A stretch of DNA of 64,000 nt from an uncultured Rhodospirillaceae bacterium (GCA_964603915.1 CAZRWU010000001.1:27580-91579), one strand, 5' to 3'; numbered from the stretch's first letter, positions 28,374-38,920 are shown. Translations and numbers: made by a program. Notes: a model not told the origin generated them from the sequence alone.

Positions 28374-28949
28374 TTACTGTTTGAGTTTTCCTGATCCTTG
28401 AGACCGAAAGTGGCCATACTCGGCTATTTCTTCAACAAATCCGAAGGACGAGAGATCCGTCATGCGCTTCGGATAGAGAACGCCATCGAGATGATCGCAT
28501 TCGTGCTGGACCACGCGGGCATGAAAGCCTTCAGCTATCCGTTCAAGACGCTCACCGTTCGATCCAATGCCGGCATATCGGATTCGGCGGACACGGGGCA
28601 CAAGCCCTGTCAGTCCAGGCACGGAAAGGCACCGTTCCCAGCCCTCCTCGCGATCCTCGCTCATCGCTTCAATCTGCGGATTGATCAGGACGGTGAGCGG
28701 AACCGGGCCACTCGGCGATCCCTCCGCCGCGTCCGGGTCATCCGCCCGCTCCCGCGGCACCCAGAACACAATCACGCGTCGCGGAACATGAACTTGAGGC
28801 GCCGCGAGACCAACGGCGGGAGCGTCGTGCATCGTCTCGATCATGTCCGCGACCAGACGGGCAAGATCTACGGCGGCGAGATCGACGACATCGTCGGCGC
28901 GCCGCTGCAAGACAGGGTGCCCCATTCGAGCAATCTTCAAAATCGCCAT
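28374..28949 (-). CDS. def: Peptide deformylase
   Basis: ATG 28949 (MAILKIARMGHPVL). Motifs AVGLAAPQ, ERCLSVPG (EGC variant) and HECDHLDG. Confidence 0.85.
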   Translation of the reverse strand: MAILKIARMGHPVLQRRADDVVDLAAVDLARLVADMIETMHDAPAVGLAAPQVHVPRRVIVFWVPRERADDPDAAEGSPSGPVPLTVLINPQIEAMSEDREEGWERCLSVPGLTGLVPRVRRIRYAGIGSNGERLERIAEGFHARVVQHECDHLDGVLYPKRMTDLSSFGFVEEIAEYGHFRSQGSGKLKQ

Positions 28950-29087
28950 GCGCCAATCTACATCCAATGACAAGATCTTGTTAGGCCGAGCCTGTGCGGC
29001 GGCCCTTCCCAAACGGTGCGCGGATGTGCTAAGAGAACGGCCCTTATATCGGTTGGCTCAACCCATAGGAAAGGAGAAGAGTTCCTC

Positions 29088-29291
29088 GTGCAAGTGATCG
29101 TTCGCGACAACAATGTCGACCAAGCTCTCAAGGCGCTCAAGAAAAAGATGCAGCGCGAAGGTATCTTCAGGGAAATGAAACGGCGCCGGTCCTACGAAAA
29201 ACCATCCGAGAGGCGCGCCAGGGAGCAGGCGGAAGCCGTGCGCCGGGCCCGCAAGCTTGAACGCAAGCGAGTCGAAAGAGAAGGCTTCTAG
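29088..29291 (+). CDS. rpsU: 30S ribosomal protein S21
   Basis: GTG 29088 preceded by AAAGGAGAAGAG. The translation, [31 protein letters not shown]..., is typical S21. Confidence 0.9.
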   Translation: MQVIVRDNNVDQALKALKKKMQREGIFREMKRRRSYEKPSERRAREQAEAVRRARKLERKRVEREGF

Positions 29292-29512
29292 CGCAGCCCA
29301 GGAGCCACCCTCTCCACCAATTCCCCCTCGTTCTTAAAGCAATGTAAGGCCCTGAAGCGCACAGCGCGGGCGGTTCTTTTGCGCTTTTTCAACGCATCGC
29401 CGGCCGTACAGCCTTGTCGGTGGAGGTTGTCTGCTGCCTCCGCTCCCCCGCGTACCTTCTTGATGCAGGTCGCGCCGAGGCTAAGGCCTCCGGCCAACTC
29501 CGGAACCCATAG

Positions 29513-29540
29513 AAAAAAGGCGGAACCCTGAGGTTCCGCC
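29513..29540 (-). terminator. Rho-independent terminator after pntB
   Basis: On the minus strand: GGCGGAACC, TCAG loop, GGTTCCGCC, then TTTTTT. It lies ~65 nt downstream of the pntB stop. Confidence 0.7.
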
Positions 29541-29606
29541 ACTGATCGAGTTCGCCTTCCCGAACGCGGTATTCACGGGAATGACGAGCATGAGGACTTT
29601 CAGCGC

Positions 29607-30998
29607 TCAGAGAGCCTGGACGATCTCCTCTGTGACTTTCTTGGCATCGCCGAACAGCATCATCGTCTTGTCGCCGAAGAACAGCGGATTGTCGACGCCG
29701 GCGTAGCCCGAGGCCATCGACCGCTTGATAAAGAGCGTCGTTCCCGCCTTGTCGACGTCCAGAATCGGCATCCCGTAGATCGGGCTGGTCTTGTCGGTGC
29801 GCGCCGATGGATTGGTTATGTCGTTGGCCCCGATAACGAAGGCGACGTCGGTTGTCGAGAACTCGTGGTTGATTTCCTCGAGCTCGAACACCTCGTCGTA
29901 CGGCACGTTGGCTTCGGCCAGCAGGACATTCATGTGCCCCGGCATGCGGCCGGCCACGGGGTGAATGGCGTACTTGACTTCGACCCCTTCCTCCTTAAGT
30001 AGATCCGCCATCTCGCGCAGCGCATGCTGAGCCTGCGCCACCGCCATGCCGTAGCCCGGGATGATGATCACCTTGCTTGCGTTCTTCATGATGAAGGCGG
30101 CGTCTTCGGCGCTTCCCGCCTTCACCGAGCGGTCGCCCGTGGCGCCGGCGACCGGAGCCGCTCCCTCTCCGCCGAAGCCGCCCAACAGCACATTGAAGAT
30201 CGAGCGATTCATCCCCTTGCACATGATGTAACTGAGGATGGCGCCCGACGAGCCGACCAACGCGCCGGTAATCACCAACGCCGGGTTGGCGAGGGTAAAG
30301 CCGATGCCGGCCGCGGCCCACCCCGAGTAGGAGTTCAGCATCGACACCACCACCGGCATGTCCGCTCCGCCAATAGGAACGATGAGAAGAAACCCGATGG
30401 CGAACGCCAACAGGACCAGCAGCCAATACGCGGTGTAGGATTCCGTCGCGGCGAACACGATCACGAGGATCACGATCAGCCCGCCGATCACCGCGTTCAA
30501 AGGGTGCTGGAAGGGAAAGATGATGGGATTGCCGCTCATCAATCCTTGCAACTTCAGGAATGCGATGACGGAGCCGGAAAAGGTGATGGCGCCAATCGCC
30601 GTGCCCAGTCCCATCTCGACAAGGCTGCCGCCGGGAATGGCTCCCCTGGTGCCAATGGCGTAGGCTTCCGGATGATACAGGGCAGCCGTGGCGACGAACA
30701 CCGCGGCGAGACCGACAAGGCTGTGGAATCCCGCGACCAACTGCGGCAACGCCGTCATCTGGATGCGGAGCGCGATGACGGTGCCGACGGCGCCGCCGAT
30801 GAGCACGCCCGGAATGATCAACGAGTAATTGACCACATCCGGCCGCAGCAAGGTCGTGATGACGGCGATCGTCATGCCGGCGATGCCGAAGATGTTGCCT
30901 TGGCGCGCGGACTCAGGGTGACTCAATCCCCTCAGCGCGAGAATGAAAAGCACCGCGGCGACGAGGTAGGCAAGGCCCGTTATTTCGGTTGCGTACAT
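29607..30998 (-). CDS. pntB: NAD(P) transhydrogenase subunit beta
   Basis: 463 aa. Membrane N-terminal half plus a C-terminal NADP(H) domain (IIPGYGMAVAQAQH, GANDITNP). Confidence 0.9.
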   Translation of the reverse strand: MYATEITGLAYLVAAVLFILALRGLSHPESARQGNIFGIAGMTIAVITTLLRPDVVNYSLIIPGVLIGGAVGTVIALRIQMTALPQLVAGFHSLVGLAAVFVATAALYHPEAYAIGTRGAIPGGSLVEMGLGTAIGAITFSGSVIAFLKLQGLMSGNPIIFPFQHPLNAVIGGLIVILVIVFAATESYTAYWLLVLLAFAIGFLLIVPIGGADMPVVVSMLNSYSGWAAAGIGFTLANPALVITGALVGSSGAILSYIMCKGMNRSIFNVLLGGFGGEGAAPVAGATGDRSVKAGSAEDAAFIMKNASKVIIIPGYGMAVAQAQHALREMADLLKEEGVEVKYAIHPVAGRMPGHMNVLLAEANVPYDEVFELEEINHEFSTTDVAFVIGANDITNPSARTDKTSPIYGMPILDVDKAGTTLFIKRSMASGYAGVDNPLFFGDKTMMLFGDAKKVTEEIVQAL

Positions 30999-31010
30999 GC
31001 GTGCGGCCCC

Positions 31011-31436
31011 CTACCGCTTCTGTTTTTTCTTGAACATTTGCAGCATGCGATGGGTGACGATGAAGCCGCCGAAGATGTTCACCGACGCGAGCATCAAGGC
31101 GAAGAAGCCCATCACGCTGGAAAAGTCGATATGAGCAGGACCGGCAGCAAGCAAACCGCCCACGATGATCACGGATGAAATCGCGTTGGTCACGCTCATC
31201 AGGGGCGAGTGCAGAGCCGGCGTGACGCTCCACACCACATAGAACCCGACGAACACCGCCAGCACAAAGATGGTCAACAATCCAAGGAAATCGCCGTGAG
31301 GCTCAACCGCTGCTGGCTGCGCCAGTGTGTGCACCACCGCTTCGTTGGCCAGATGCGCCGCCTGCTCCGCGAGCCTTGCCGCTTCGGCGGCGAGGCGTTG
31401 CGCATTCTCAACGAGGGTTGCCTGATTCATGGTCAT
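31011..31436 (-). CDS. pntAB: NAD(P) transhydrogenase subunit alpha part 2 (membrane)
   Basis: 141 aa and hydrophobic. Overlaps the pntAA stop by 4 nt. This is the split alpha subunit arrangement seen in alphaproteobacteria. Confidence 0.85.
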   Translation of the reverse strand: MTMNQATLVENAQRLAAEAARLAEQAAHLANEAVVHTLAQPAAVEPHGDFLGLLTIFVLAVFVGFYVVWSVTPALHSPLMSVTNAISSVIIVGGLLAAGPAHIDFSSVMGFFALMLASVNIFGGFIVTHRMLQMFKKKQKR

Positions 31437-32584
31437 TTGCCCTCTTCTGTCAGCATCGGGTTGACGATGTTGCCATCGCGGGTCAGCAGGGTGCCCTTGA
31501 CGGTTTCATCCTCCCAATCGAATTTGAATGACTTGCTGTCCTTATCGACATGCGGACTGAGGAAATTCAGCAAGTTCTTGGCAAAGAGCATGCTGGCGTC
31601 GCGCGGCAACCGGCCCGGCACATTGACCAGTCCGACGATCTTGACGCCATTTTTCACGACCGTCTCACCCGGTTTGGAGAGAGGGCAGTTGCCGCCCGCT
31701 TCAACCGCCAGATCCATGATGATCGATCCCGGGCGCATGCTGTTGACCATCTCCTCGGAAACGAGTTCAGGAGCCGGCCGGCCGGGAATCAGCGCCGTGG
31801 TGATGACAATGTCTTGCTTTTTGACATGATCGGCGACGACCTCGGCTTGTCGCCGCCGGAAATCATCCGACATTTCCTTGGCGTATCCGCCCGCCGTTTC
31901 GGCCTCTTTCATCGCCGCTTCGTCGACCATGATGAACTTGGCGCCGAGGCTCTCCACCTGTTCCTTGGTTGCCGATCGCACGTCGGTGGCGGTGACGACC
32001 GCGCCGAGACGTTTCGCCGTGGCGATTGCCTGAAGCCCGGCGACGCCCACGCCCATGATGAACACCTTAGCCGGCGCGACGGTGCCGGCGGAGGTCATCA
32101 TCAGCGGCAACGCGCTGTGATACTCGGCGGCGGCGTCGACCACTGCGCGATAACCGGCAAGGTTGCTTTGGCTTGACAGGACATCCATGGACTGGGCGCG
32201 GGATATGCGCGGCATCAGCTCCATGGCGAAGGCGTTGACGCCGGCCTTGGCATAGGCCTCGACATCGCTCCGATTGCTCAGCGCGGCGAGATGACCAACC
32301 AGAAAAGCGCCTCTTTTCATCAGCGCCAACTCGTTGCGGCCCTCCTCGAGGATTGGACGCTGCACCTTGAGGACAACATCCGCGTCCTGAAGCGCCGACG
32401 CTTCGTCATCCGCTATGGTCGCGCCCGCAGCACGGAAATCCTCGTCGGTGATGGCCGCATGTTCGCCGGCTCCGGTTTCGACAATGACGTCGAAGCCGAA
32501 CCCGACAAGTTTCTTGACGACGTCAGGCGAGCCCGCGACCCGTGTCTCTCCCGGCATCCGCTCCTTGGGTATTGCGATTTTCAT
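31433..32584 (-). CDS. pntAA: NAD(P) transhydrogenase subunit alpha part 1
   Basis: ATG 32584 (MKIAIPKERMPGETRVA). Alanine-dehydrogenase/PNT fold with VFIMGVGVAGLQAI. Confidence 0.9.
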   Translation of the reverse strand: MKIAIPKERMPGETRVAGSPDVVKKLVGFGFDVIVETGAGEHAAITDEDFRAAGATIADDEASALQDADVVLKVQRPILEEGRNELALMKRGAFLVGHLAALSNRSDVEAYAKAGVNAFAMELMPRISRAQSMDVLSSQSNLAGYRAVVDAAAEYHSALPLMMTSAGTVAPAKVFIMGVGVAGLQAIATAKRLGAVVTATDVRSATKEQVESLGAKFIMVDEAAMKEAETAGGYAKEMSDDFRRRQAEVVADHVKKQDIVITTALIPGRPAPELVSEEMVNSMRPGSIIMDLAVEAGGNCPLSKPGETVVKNGVKIVGLVNVPGRLPRDASMLFAKNLLNFLSPHVDKDSKSFKFDWEDETVKGTLLTRDGNIVNPMLTEEGK

Positions 32585-32934
32585 GTTGAAGTCCCCTGCC
32601 CTCTCCGTCCGGAAAGTGTGCGGCGCGTTTATGCACGCTCCGCCGGAGATGCACAAGGGGGGCGCCCTTGAAAAAACGGCAATGCGGCCAAAGATATTGC
32701 TTTCGGCCCCTGATCGGACGGCGATAGCCGATAACGCGACTTCGGTACCCTCGAAATGGGGGTCGCCTGCCTACCCTGCCGGACGCCTGGGAGGGGTCCA
32801 CGGGAGGGAGCGCTCGCGGCTAATTGGGCTGGATTGCCCTTCCAGGCTCTTCTCCCGCCTCAGTCTTGTGCTGGCTTTAGGCACATGCGGCGGGCAAGCG
32901 TTCTTGCCTCTACAGTCCCTCTAAGATTGATCGA

Positions 32935-34308
32935 TCAGGTCGGCTGCGGCAAATCGAAACGAGCGAGCGCATCCGCCTGACGGGCGCGCAGATCGTCCTC
33001 GTTGAAGTCTGCGATCAGCCCGTGGAACACCTGATGCCAATTGATCTCGGCCTTGAGGCGGGTGAACACGCTGCCGAGACCGATCGCGGCGCGATCCATC
33101 AAGACGAATTCCCTCGGCGGCGTCACGCCACCCGCCTCCTTCAAGCCTTGATGAACCTTTGCGGCGACCTGCGCGCCGTATCTTACGCCGTCATCGTCCT
33201 GGATGCGCTGAACCTTGTCCTCCATCAGCGGCCGATAAAGGAAACGAGCCCAATGGTTGAGGATCTCGATCATGTTGCGGTTGATGTTCTTGAACCCCCA
33301 GGTCTCGTAGGACGAAACCGCAAGATCCTCATCATTGTTGAGAAGGGCCCAGTACAGATCGATAACGGCCCTGACGAAAGGCGGCCTGAACACACGGACA
33401 CAGCCGAAATCGAGCAGGTTGATCGATTGATCGGGTCTCACCGTGTAGTTGCCGAGATGAGGATCGCCGTGGATCACGCCGCACTGGTACAACGGCACGT
33501 ACCAGGCGCGAAACATGTTGATGGCGACGGCGTTGCGCACCTCGAGGTGCTCATCGACGTAACGCAGGATCGGGACGCCGTCCAGCCAGGTCATGGTCAG
33601 AAGCCGGTCGGTACACAAGTCGAGCAACGGTTCCGGGACATGAACGCCTGGTTCGTTCGCATGCATGAACGCGTAAAGGCCCATGTGACGGGCTTCCCGG
33701 CGATAATCGAGCTCTTCGCGAAGACGCTCGGCGAGTTCGGCATGGACCTCCGTCGGATCGACCGAGCGATCATAGCGACGGTATATCGAGAAAACGATCC
33801 TGAGCTGCTGCAGATCGGCCTCGACCGCCGAGGCCATATCCGGGTATTGCAACTTACAGGCGAGTTGCCGGCCGTCGTGAGCCAAGGCCCGATGAACCTG
33901 ACCGAGTGACGCCGCCGCGGCGGCTTCGTGTTCGAATGCCGCGAAGCGCTTTTGCCAATCCTGGCCCAGTTCCGCCGACATGCGCCTTTTCACGAAAGCC
34001 CAGCCCATGGGAGGCGCGTTCGTCTGCAGCTCCGCCAATTCCGTCGAATACGCCTCGGGCAGAAGGTCGGGCACGGTCGACATGATCTGCGCGACCTTCA
34101 TCAGAGGCCCCTTGAGACCGCCGAGCGCCGCCTTCACCTCCGCGGCGATCTCCGGATTGTCGATTTGCGATCCGAACAGGCGAGCTCCGGCGAACCGGGC
34201 CGCCGCGCCGCCAACCGCGGTGCCGACACGGGCAAAGCGCATCATCCGGCCTCCGAATGAGCTCTCCTCACCGCTGGCGCGGCGTCTCTCGAACGCACTG
34301 TCGGTCAT
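32935..34308 (-). CDS. ABC1/UbiB (COQ8-like) atypical kinase family protein
   Basis: Motifs seen: LKGPLMKVAQIMST, AAAASLGQVH, HGDPHLGNY, LLDFG. ATG 34308 is preceded by AGGGAGG. Confidence 0.8.
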   Translation of the reverse strand: MTDSAFERRRASGEESSFGGRMMRFARVGTAVGGAAARFAGARLFGSQIDNPEIAAEVKAALGGLKGPLMKVAQIMSTVPDLLPEAYSTELAELQTNAPPMGWAFVKRRMSAELGQDWQKRFAAFEHEAAAAASLGQVHRALAHDGRQLACKLQYPDMASAVEADLQQLRIVFSIYRRYDRSVDPTEVHAELAERLREELDYRREARHMGLYAFMHANEPGVHVPEPLLDLCTDRLLTMTWLDGVPILRYVDEHLEVRNAVAINMFRAWYVPLYQCGVIHGDPHLGNYTVRPDQSINLLDFGCVRVFRPPFVRAVIDLYWALLNNDEDLAVSSYETWGFKNINRNMIEILNHWARFLYRPLMEDKVQRIQDDDGVRYGAQVAAKVHQGLKEAGGVTPPREFVLMDRAAIGLGSVFTRLKAEINWHQVFHGLIADFNEDDLRARQADALARFDLPQPT

Positions 34309-34425
34309 CGGCCTCCCTTTCGACTCATCGGGGTTCCATGCCATTGTACGCGGCTCAAGCCTTCCTCGATCACACGGGGTCCGTGGATCCGCCCGCAAGC
34401 CGGCGGATCCACATCGGCGGCAGCC

Positions 34426-36288
34426 CTACTCCAGCGTCTCGATCTCGTCAATCAGCCCCACGATAACGTCGATGCCGTTGCGCCAGAACTGCGGGTCCCG
34501 TGCGTCCAGGCCGAAGGGTTTGAGCAGATCGTGATGCATGAGGGTGCCGCCGGCGCGAAGCATGTCGATGTACTTGTCGGTGAACCCCTCAAGCCCGTTT
34601 CTATATGTCTGGTACAGTGAGTTAACCAAACAATCGCCGAATGCGTAGGCGTAAACATAGAACGGCGAATGGACAAAGTGGGGAATATATGCCCAGTAGC
34701 AACGGTATTCGTCGTCGAAGCGGATCGCCGGACCCAGGCTTTCCCGTTGAACGTCGAACCAGATCTCTCCAAGACGATCCGACGACAGTTCCGATCGGCT
34801 GCGCTCGTCGTGGACGCGCCGTTCGAACTCATGAAAGGCGATCTGGCGAACAACCGTGTTCAGCATGTCTTCCACCTTGGACGCGAGCAGACGACGGCGT
34901 TGCCTGGGATCGTTCTCGGCGTCGAGTAGAGCCCGGAACACAAGCATTTCCCCAAACACGGACGCAGTCTCGGCCAGCGTTAGCGGCGTTTCCGCCATCA
35001 ACACGCCCTGCTCGCCCGCCAGAACCTGATGCACGCCATGGCCAAGCTCGTGCGCCAGCGTCATCACATCGCGCGGCCGGCCATAGAAGTTCATCAGGAT
35101 ATAGGGATGTACGGAAGGAACCGTCGGATGCGAGTAGGCGCCCGCATCCTTTCCCGGACGAGGCGCGGCATCGATCCAGCCGCCTTCAAAGAACGGCTGC
35201 GATGTTTGCGCCATCAGCGGATGAAACGCGCGGAAGGCGTCAAGGACGGTTTCACGCGCCTGACCCCAACTAAAGATGCGCTCGTCACCGCCCGGCAGCG
35301 GCGCATTGCGATCCCAATAATCCAATGCCTCCTTGCCGAACCATGTCGCCTTGATCCGATAATAGCGATGAGCAAGCTCCTGATAAGCGGAGCGGATCGC
35401 GGTGACGAGGGCGTCCACCACTTCATCCTCGACGCGGTTGGCGAGGTTCCTGTAGGACACCGGCGTCGGGTAGCGACGCCATCGATCCTCGATCTCCTTG
35501 TCCTTGGCCAGCGTGTTGGTGATCAGCGTGAACAGTTCGATGCGCTCGCCAAGACCCTGTCCCAATGATTTTGCGGCGGCGCGGCGCTTGTCGCCATCGC
35601 TGTGAGACATCAGGTTGAGAACGTCGGAGAGCGGCAGTTCCTCCCCATTGAGAGGGAAGCGCATCCGCGCCGTCGATTGCTCGAACAACCGGATCCAGGC
35701 GCTGCGACCGGTCACCGACTTTTGATGAAGCAGCGATTCCAACTCGTCGCTCAACTGGTGGGGCCTGAAGACCCGGCAGTCGCGAATCCACGGCGCGTAC
35801 CGCGCCGCCGCCGGATGCGTCAGTTGCCGTTCGATGACCTCGTCGTCGAGCCGGTTCAGCTCCAAGGTGAAAAATAACGTCTCCACGGAAATCGCGTTGT
35901 TGCGTTCTTGAATGTCCTGCAGAAAGCGTCCACGGGGCGGATCGCTCATATCCATCGAGAAATACAGCTGGGCGTAGGCTGCCGTTCTGTGCGTCCGCTC
36001 GACGATGGACTCGTAGGCGCCGATCGCCTCGGCCAATTCCTCACCGCCGAGCGCCGCAAGTCGACCCGCGTACTTGGCTCGAAAGCCCTCCGCCTCCCGC
36101 CGCGCCCAGTCAAGATCGGCTTCCAACTCCGGCGCCTCGGGCGCAGCATAGAGATCATCCAAGCGCCACTGCGGCAGGGCGTCCGGTCCTCCTTCCGCAT
36201 TCCGCGGGATTGCTTTCAGTTGCGGCAATTCCGTTTCTCCTCGTCCTTCGCGCGCCCCTATACTTGGGTGATCCGAAGGGGAGAGCAA
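34426..36288 (-). CDS. pepF: M3 family oligoendopeptidase (PepF-like)
   Basis: 620 aa with the HELGHGVH zinc motif. The only upstream start is a TTG, so the start is uncertain. Confidence 0.85.
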   Translation of the reverse strand: MLSPSDHPSIGAREGRGETELPQLKAIPRNAEGGPDALPQWRLDDLYAAPEAPELEADLDWARREAEGFRAKYAGRLAALGGEELAEAIGAYESIVERTHRTAAYAQLYFSMDMSDPPRGRFLQDIQERNNAISVETLFFTLELNRLDDEVIERQLTHPAAARYAPWIRDCRVFRPHQLSDELESLLHQKSVTGRSAWIRLFEQSTARMRFPLNGEELPLSDVLNLMSHSDGDKRRAAAKSLGQGLGERIELFTLITNTLAKDKEIEDRWRRYPTPVSYRNLANRVEDEVVDALVTAIRSAYQELAHRYYRIKATWFGKEALDYWDRNAPLPGGDERIFSWGQARETVLDAFRAFHPLMAQTSQPFFEGGWIDAAPRPGKDAGAYSHPTVPSVHPYILMNFYGRPRDVMTLAHELGHGVHQVLAGEQGVLMAETPLTLAETASVFGEMLVFRALLDAENDPRQRRRLLASKVEDMLNTVVRQIAFHEFERRVHDERSRSELSSDRLGEIWFDVQRESLGPAIRFDDEYRCYWAYIPHFVHSPFYVYAYAFGDCLVNSLYQTYRNGLEGFTDKYIDMLRAGGTLMHHDLLKPFGLDARDPQFWRNGIDVIVGLIDEIETLE

Positions 36289-36319
36289 GCAATCCCCGAA
36301 CCTAGAAGGGACATCAGGG

Positions 36320-38107
36320 ATGGCGGAACATCGTCCGGAAAATTTGATCAGCCTTTTCTACGCCCAGGCGGAACGCTTGCGGGAGCGTCCGTTTTTGTGG
36401 GCTAAGCGTGATGGCGCCTATACGGCGATGCAGTGGGGCGCGGTCGCCCGCAGCGTCACGGCGCTTGCCCGCGGACTTCGCGCAATCGGCATCGAGCCTG
36501 GCGACCGCATCGTGCTGGTTTCGGAAAACCGCCCGGAATGGCTCATCGCGGATATCGCGATCATGGCCGCCGGGGGTGTTTCGGTTCCCGCGTATGTCAC
36601 CAACACGGAGGCGGATCACCACCATATCTTGGAAAACAGCGGCGCCACCGGAATCATCGTTTCAACGGAGTTTCTCGCCCGGCGTCTTCTCTCGGTGGCC
36701 GCCCGCGCCGGCGATGTGCGCTTTCTCATCGCAATGGAGGCGCTCACGCTCGGGCAGACCGGCAACACCGACATTTTCCACTGGGATGACGTTCTCGCCA
36801 AAGGAGAGGCGGAGTCCGGCGACGTTGCCGGCGCCGCCCGCGATATTTCACGGTACGATACCGCCTGCATTATCTACACCTCGGGGACCGGCGGGGCTCC
36901 GAAGGGAGTCATGCTCCACCACGGCGCCTTGCTGCACAATTGCGAGGGCGCCGGGGATGCGCTCGCCGCGCTCGATCTGACCGACGAAGTCTACTTGTCA
37001 TTCCTGCCGCTCTCGCACGCGTTCGAGCACACGGCGGGACAGTTCTTCCCCATCGCGATCGGCGCGCAAATCTTTTACGCCGAGGGCATCGAATCGCTTG
37101 CGACCAACATGCTTGAGGCGCGGCCAACCATCATGACCGCCGTGCCCCGTCTGTGCGACACCCTTTATGACAAGATCACCCGAGGCGTGCGCCGCGCCGG
37201 TGGAATGCGGCAGCGCATGTTCATGGATGCTTTGCGCCTGGGCAAACAGCGTTACCACGCTCCCGGCTCGCTTGGCGTCGCCGATCGGCTCTACGATGTC
37301 GTTCTCCAGCGCGCGGTCCGGGCCAAGATGCAAGCGATCTTCGGCGGTCGCCTGAAGGCGTTGGTGTCCGGCGGGGCGCCGCTCAATCCGGAGGTCGGCC
37401 TGTTCTTTCAAGCGCTTGGGCTCCAGATCCTGCAAGGTTATGGACAAACGGAGGCAGGACCGGTGATCAGCGTCAATCGTCCGGGTCAAGCCAAGATGCA
37501 CACCGTTGGACCGCCGCTGAAAGGGGTCGCCGTCCGCCTCGCCCCGGACAATGAAATCCTCGTGCAGGGGGAGATGGTGATGCGGGGCTATTGGCGGAAC
37601 GAGAACGCCACCCACGAGGTGCTCCGCGATGGCTGGCTGCATACCGGGGATATCGGCGATATCGATGCCGACGGCCACCTGCGCATCACCGATCGCAAGA
37701 AGGACATCATCGTCATGTCGGGTGGCGACAACATCGCGCCGGCTCGGATCGAAGCTGTTCTCGCCCTGGAGGTGGAGATCGCGCAAGCGATGGTAAACGG
37801 CGATGGCAAGCCTCACCTTGTCGCCATTCTTGTCCCGAACGTCGATTGGATGAAGGGATGGGCGCGAGAAGCGGGCAAACCGGCCGACCTGAAACTGCTC
37901 GCGGTCGACCCCGACTTCCACAGGAGTCTCGCCGCGGTCGTCGAGCGCATCAACAAGAAACTGTCGGCGCTCGAGAGGATCCGCCGTTTCATCATCGCCC
38001 GCGAGCCGTTTTCGATCGAGAATGACCAGATGACGCCCACTCAGAAGATCCGCCGTCACGTCATCCGCCGTTGCTACCAGGAAGAAATCGACGCGCTCTA
38101 CAGATAA
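36320..38107 (+). CDS. Long-chain acyl-CoA synthetase (AMP-forming)
   Basis: 595 aa. Motifs seen: IIYTSGTGGAPKG, GYGQTE, TGDIG, TPTQKIRR. Confidence 0.85.
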   Translation: MAEHRPENLISLFYAQAERLRERPFLWAKRDGAYTAMQWGAVARSVTALARGLRAIGIEPGDRIVLVSENRPEWLIADIAIMAAGGVSVPAYVTNTEADHHHILENSGATGIIVSTEFLARRLLSVAARAGDVRFLIAMEALTLGQTGNTDIFHWDDVLAKGEAESGDVAGAARDISRYDTACIIYTSGTGGAPKGVMLHHGALLHNCEGAGDALAALDLTDEVYLSFLPLSHAFEHTAGQFFPIAIGAQIFYAEGIESLATNMLEARPTIMTAVPRLCDTLYDKITRGVRRAGGMRQRMFMDALRLGKQRYHAPGSLGVADRLYDVVLQRAVRAKMQAIFGGRLKALVSGGAPLNPEVGLFFQALGLQILQGYGQTEAGPVISVNRPGQAKMHTVGPPLKGVAVRLAPDNEILVQGEMVMRGYWRNENATHEVLRDGWLHTGDIGDIDADGHLRITDRKKDIIVMSGGDNIAPARIEAVLALEVEIAQAMVNGDGKPHLVAILVPNVDWMKGWAREAGKPADLKLLAVDPDFHRSLAAVVERINKKLSALERIRRFIIAREPFSIENDQMTPTQKIRRHVIRRCYQEEIDALYR

Positions 38108-38227
38108 CGCCAAGCCGAACAGCGAGAACGCATCGACGGGAGGGCGCCCCGGCTTGCAAGCGCTTTGCCCTGATTGCCGTAACGGATCGAGCAAGCTAGT
38201 TTAGCGCAATGGTCGGTACGGCGTGTC

Positions 38228-38920
38228 GTGGAGGATCCGATTAGGGCGGTCGGCACAAGCGGACGGCTGACGCCGGAATTGGTTCTGCGCGCCTATGCCC
38301 TTGGCATCTTTCCCATGGCGAGGCACCGCGCCGATCCCGTGGTGCACTGGGTTGCTCCGGCGACGCGCGGAATTCTCCCTCTCGACGGCTTTCGCGTCCC
38401 GAGCCGGCTGCGACGCACGGTGCGCCGCCGGATTTATCAAACCCGCTGCGACACGGCGTTTCAGTCCGTGATCAGCGCCTGCGCATCGCCAAGCACGGGC
38501 CGCGAAGAAACCTGGATCAACGATGAAATCATCCGTAGCTTCGTCGCGTTGCACGCCGCGGGCCTTGCCCACAGCCTCGAGAGTTGGCGCGAGGGGCGAT
38601 TGGTCGGCGGTCTTTACGGCGTCGCCCTGGGCGGCGTCTTTTTTGGTGAAAGCATGTTCTCGCGCGAGCGCGACGCGAGCAAGGTCGCCCTTGTCCATCT
38701 GGTCGCGCGTTTGCGTCTGGGCGGTTTCAAGCTTCTCGATATCCAGTTCGTCACGCCGCACCTGCGCCAGTTTGGCGCGATTGAAATCGCTGCCGCCGAC
38801 TACCTCGACCGGCTCAACGACGCCATCCCGCGGAAAGCGATATTCTACTCGGAAGAGTCGCTTTCGGTCGATGCCGCCGTCGATGCGCTGCTGACGCAAT
38901 CGAGCACCCAGATGTCGTAG
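38228..38920 (+). CDS. aat: Leucyl/phenylalanyl-tRNA--protein transferase
   Basis: 230 aa with a GTG start. Motifs seen: LRAYALGIFPM, SLESWREGRLVGGLYGVALGGVFFGESMFS. Confidence 0.85.
   Translation: MEDPIRAVGTSGRLTPELVLRAYALGIFPMARHRADPVVHWVAPATRGILPLDGFRVPSRLRRTVRRRIYQTRCDTAFQSVISACASPSTGREETWINDEIIRSFVALHAAGLAHSLESWREGRLVGGLYGVALGGVFFGESMFSRERDASKVALVHLVARLRLGGFKLLDIQFVTPHLRQFGAIEIAAADYLDRLNDAIPRKAIFYSEESLSVDAAVDALLTQSSTQMS

Noticed and set aside
29288-29542. 84-aa minus-strand ORF between rpsU and pntB
   Set aside because: It starts inside the pntB terminator hairpin and has no SD. The translation is not protein-like. The region is better explained as 3' UTR and terminators of the convergent genes.
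32585-32934. 350-nt intergenic region upstream of pntAA, examined for a riboswitch or sRNA
   Set aside because: I found only short 5-6 bp hairpins and no motif I recognise. It is probably promoter plus leader. Covariation analysis would be needed to say more.
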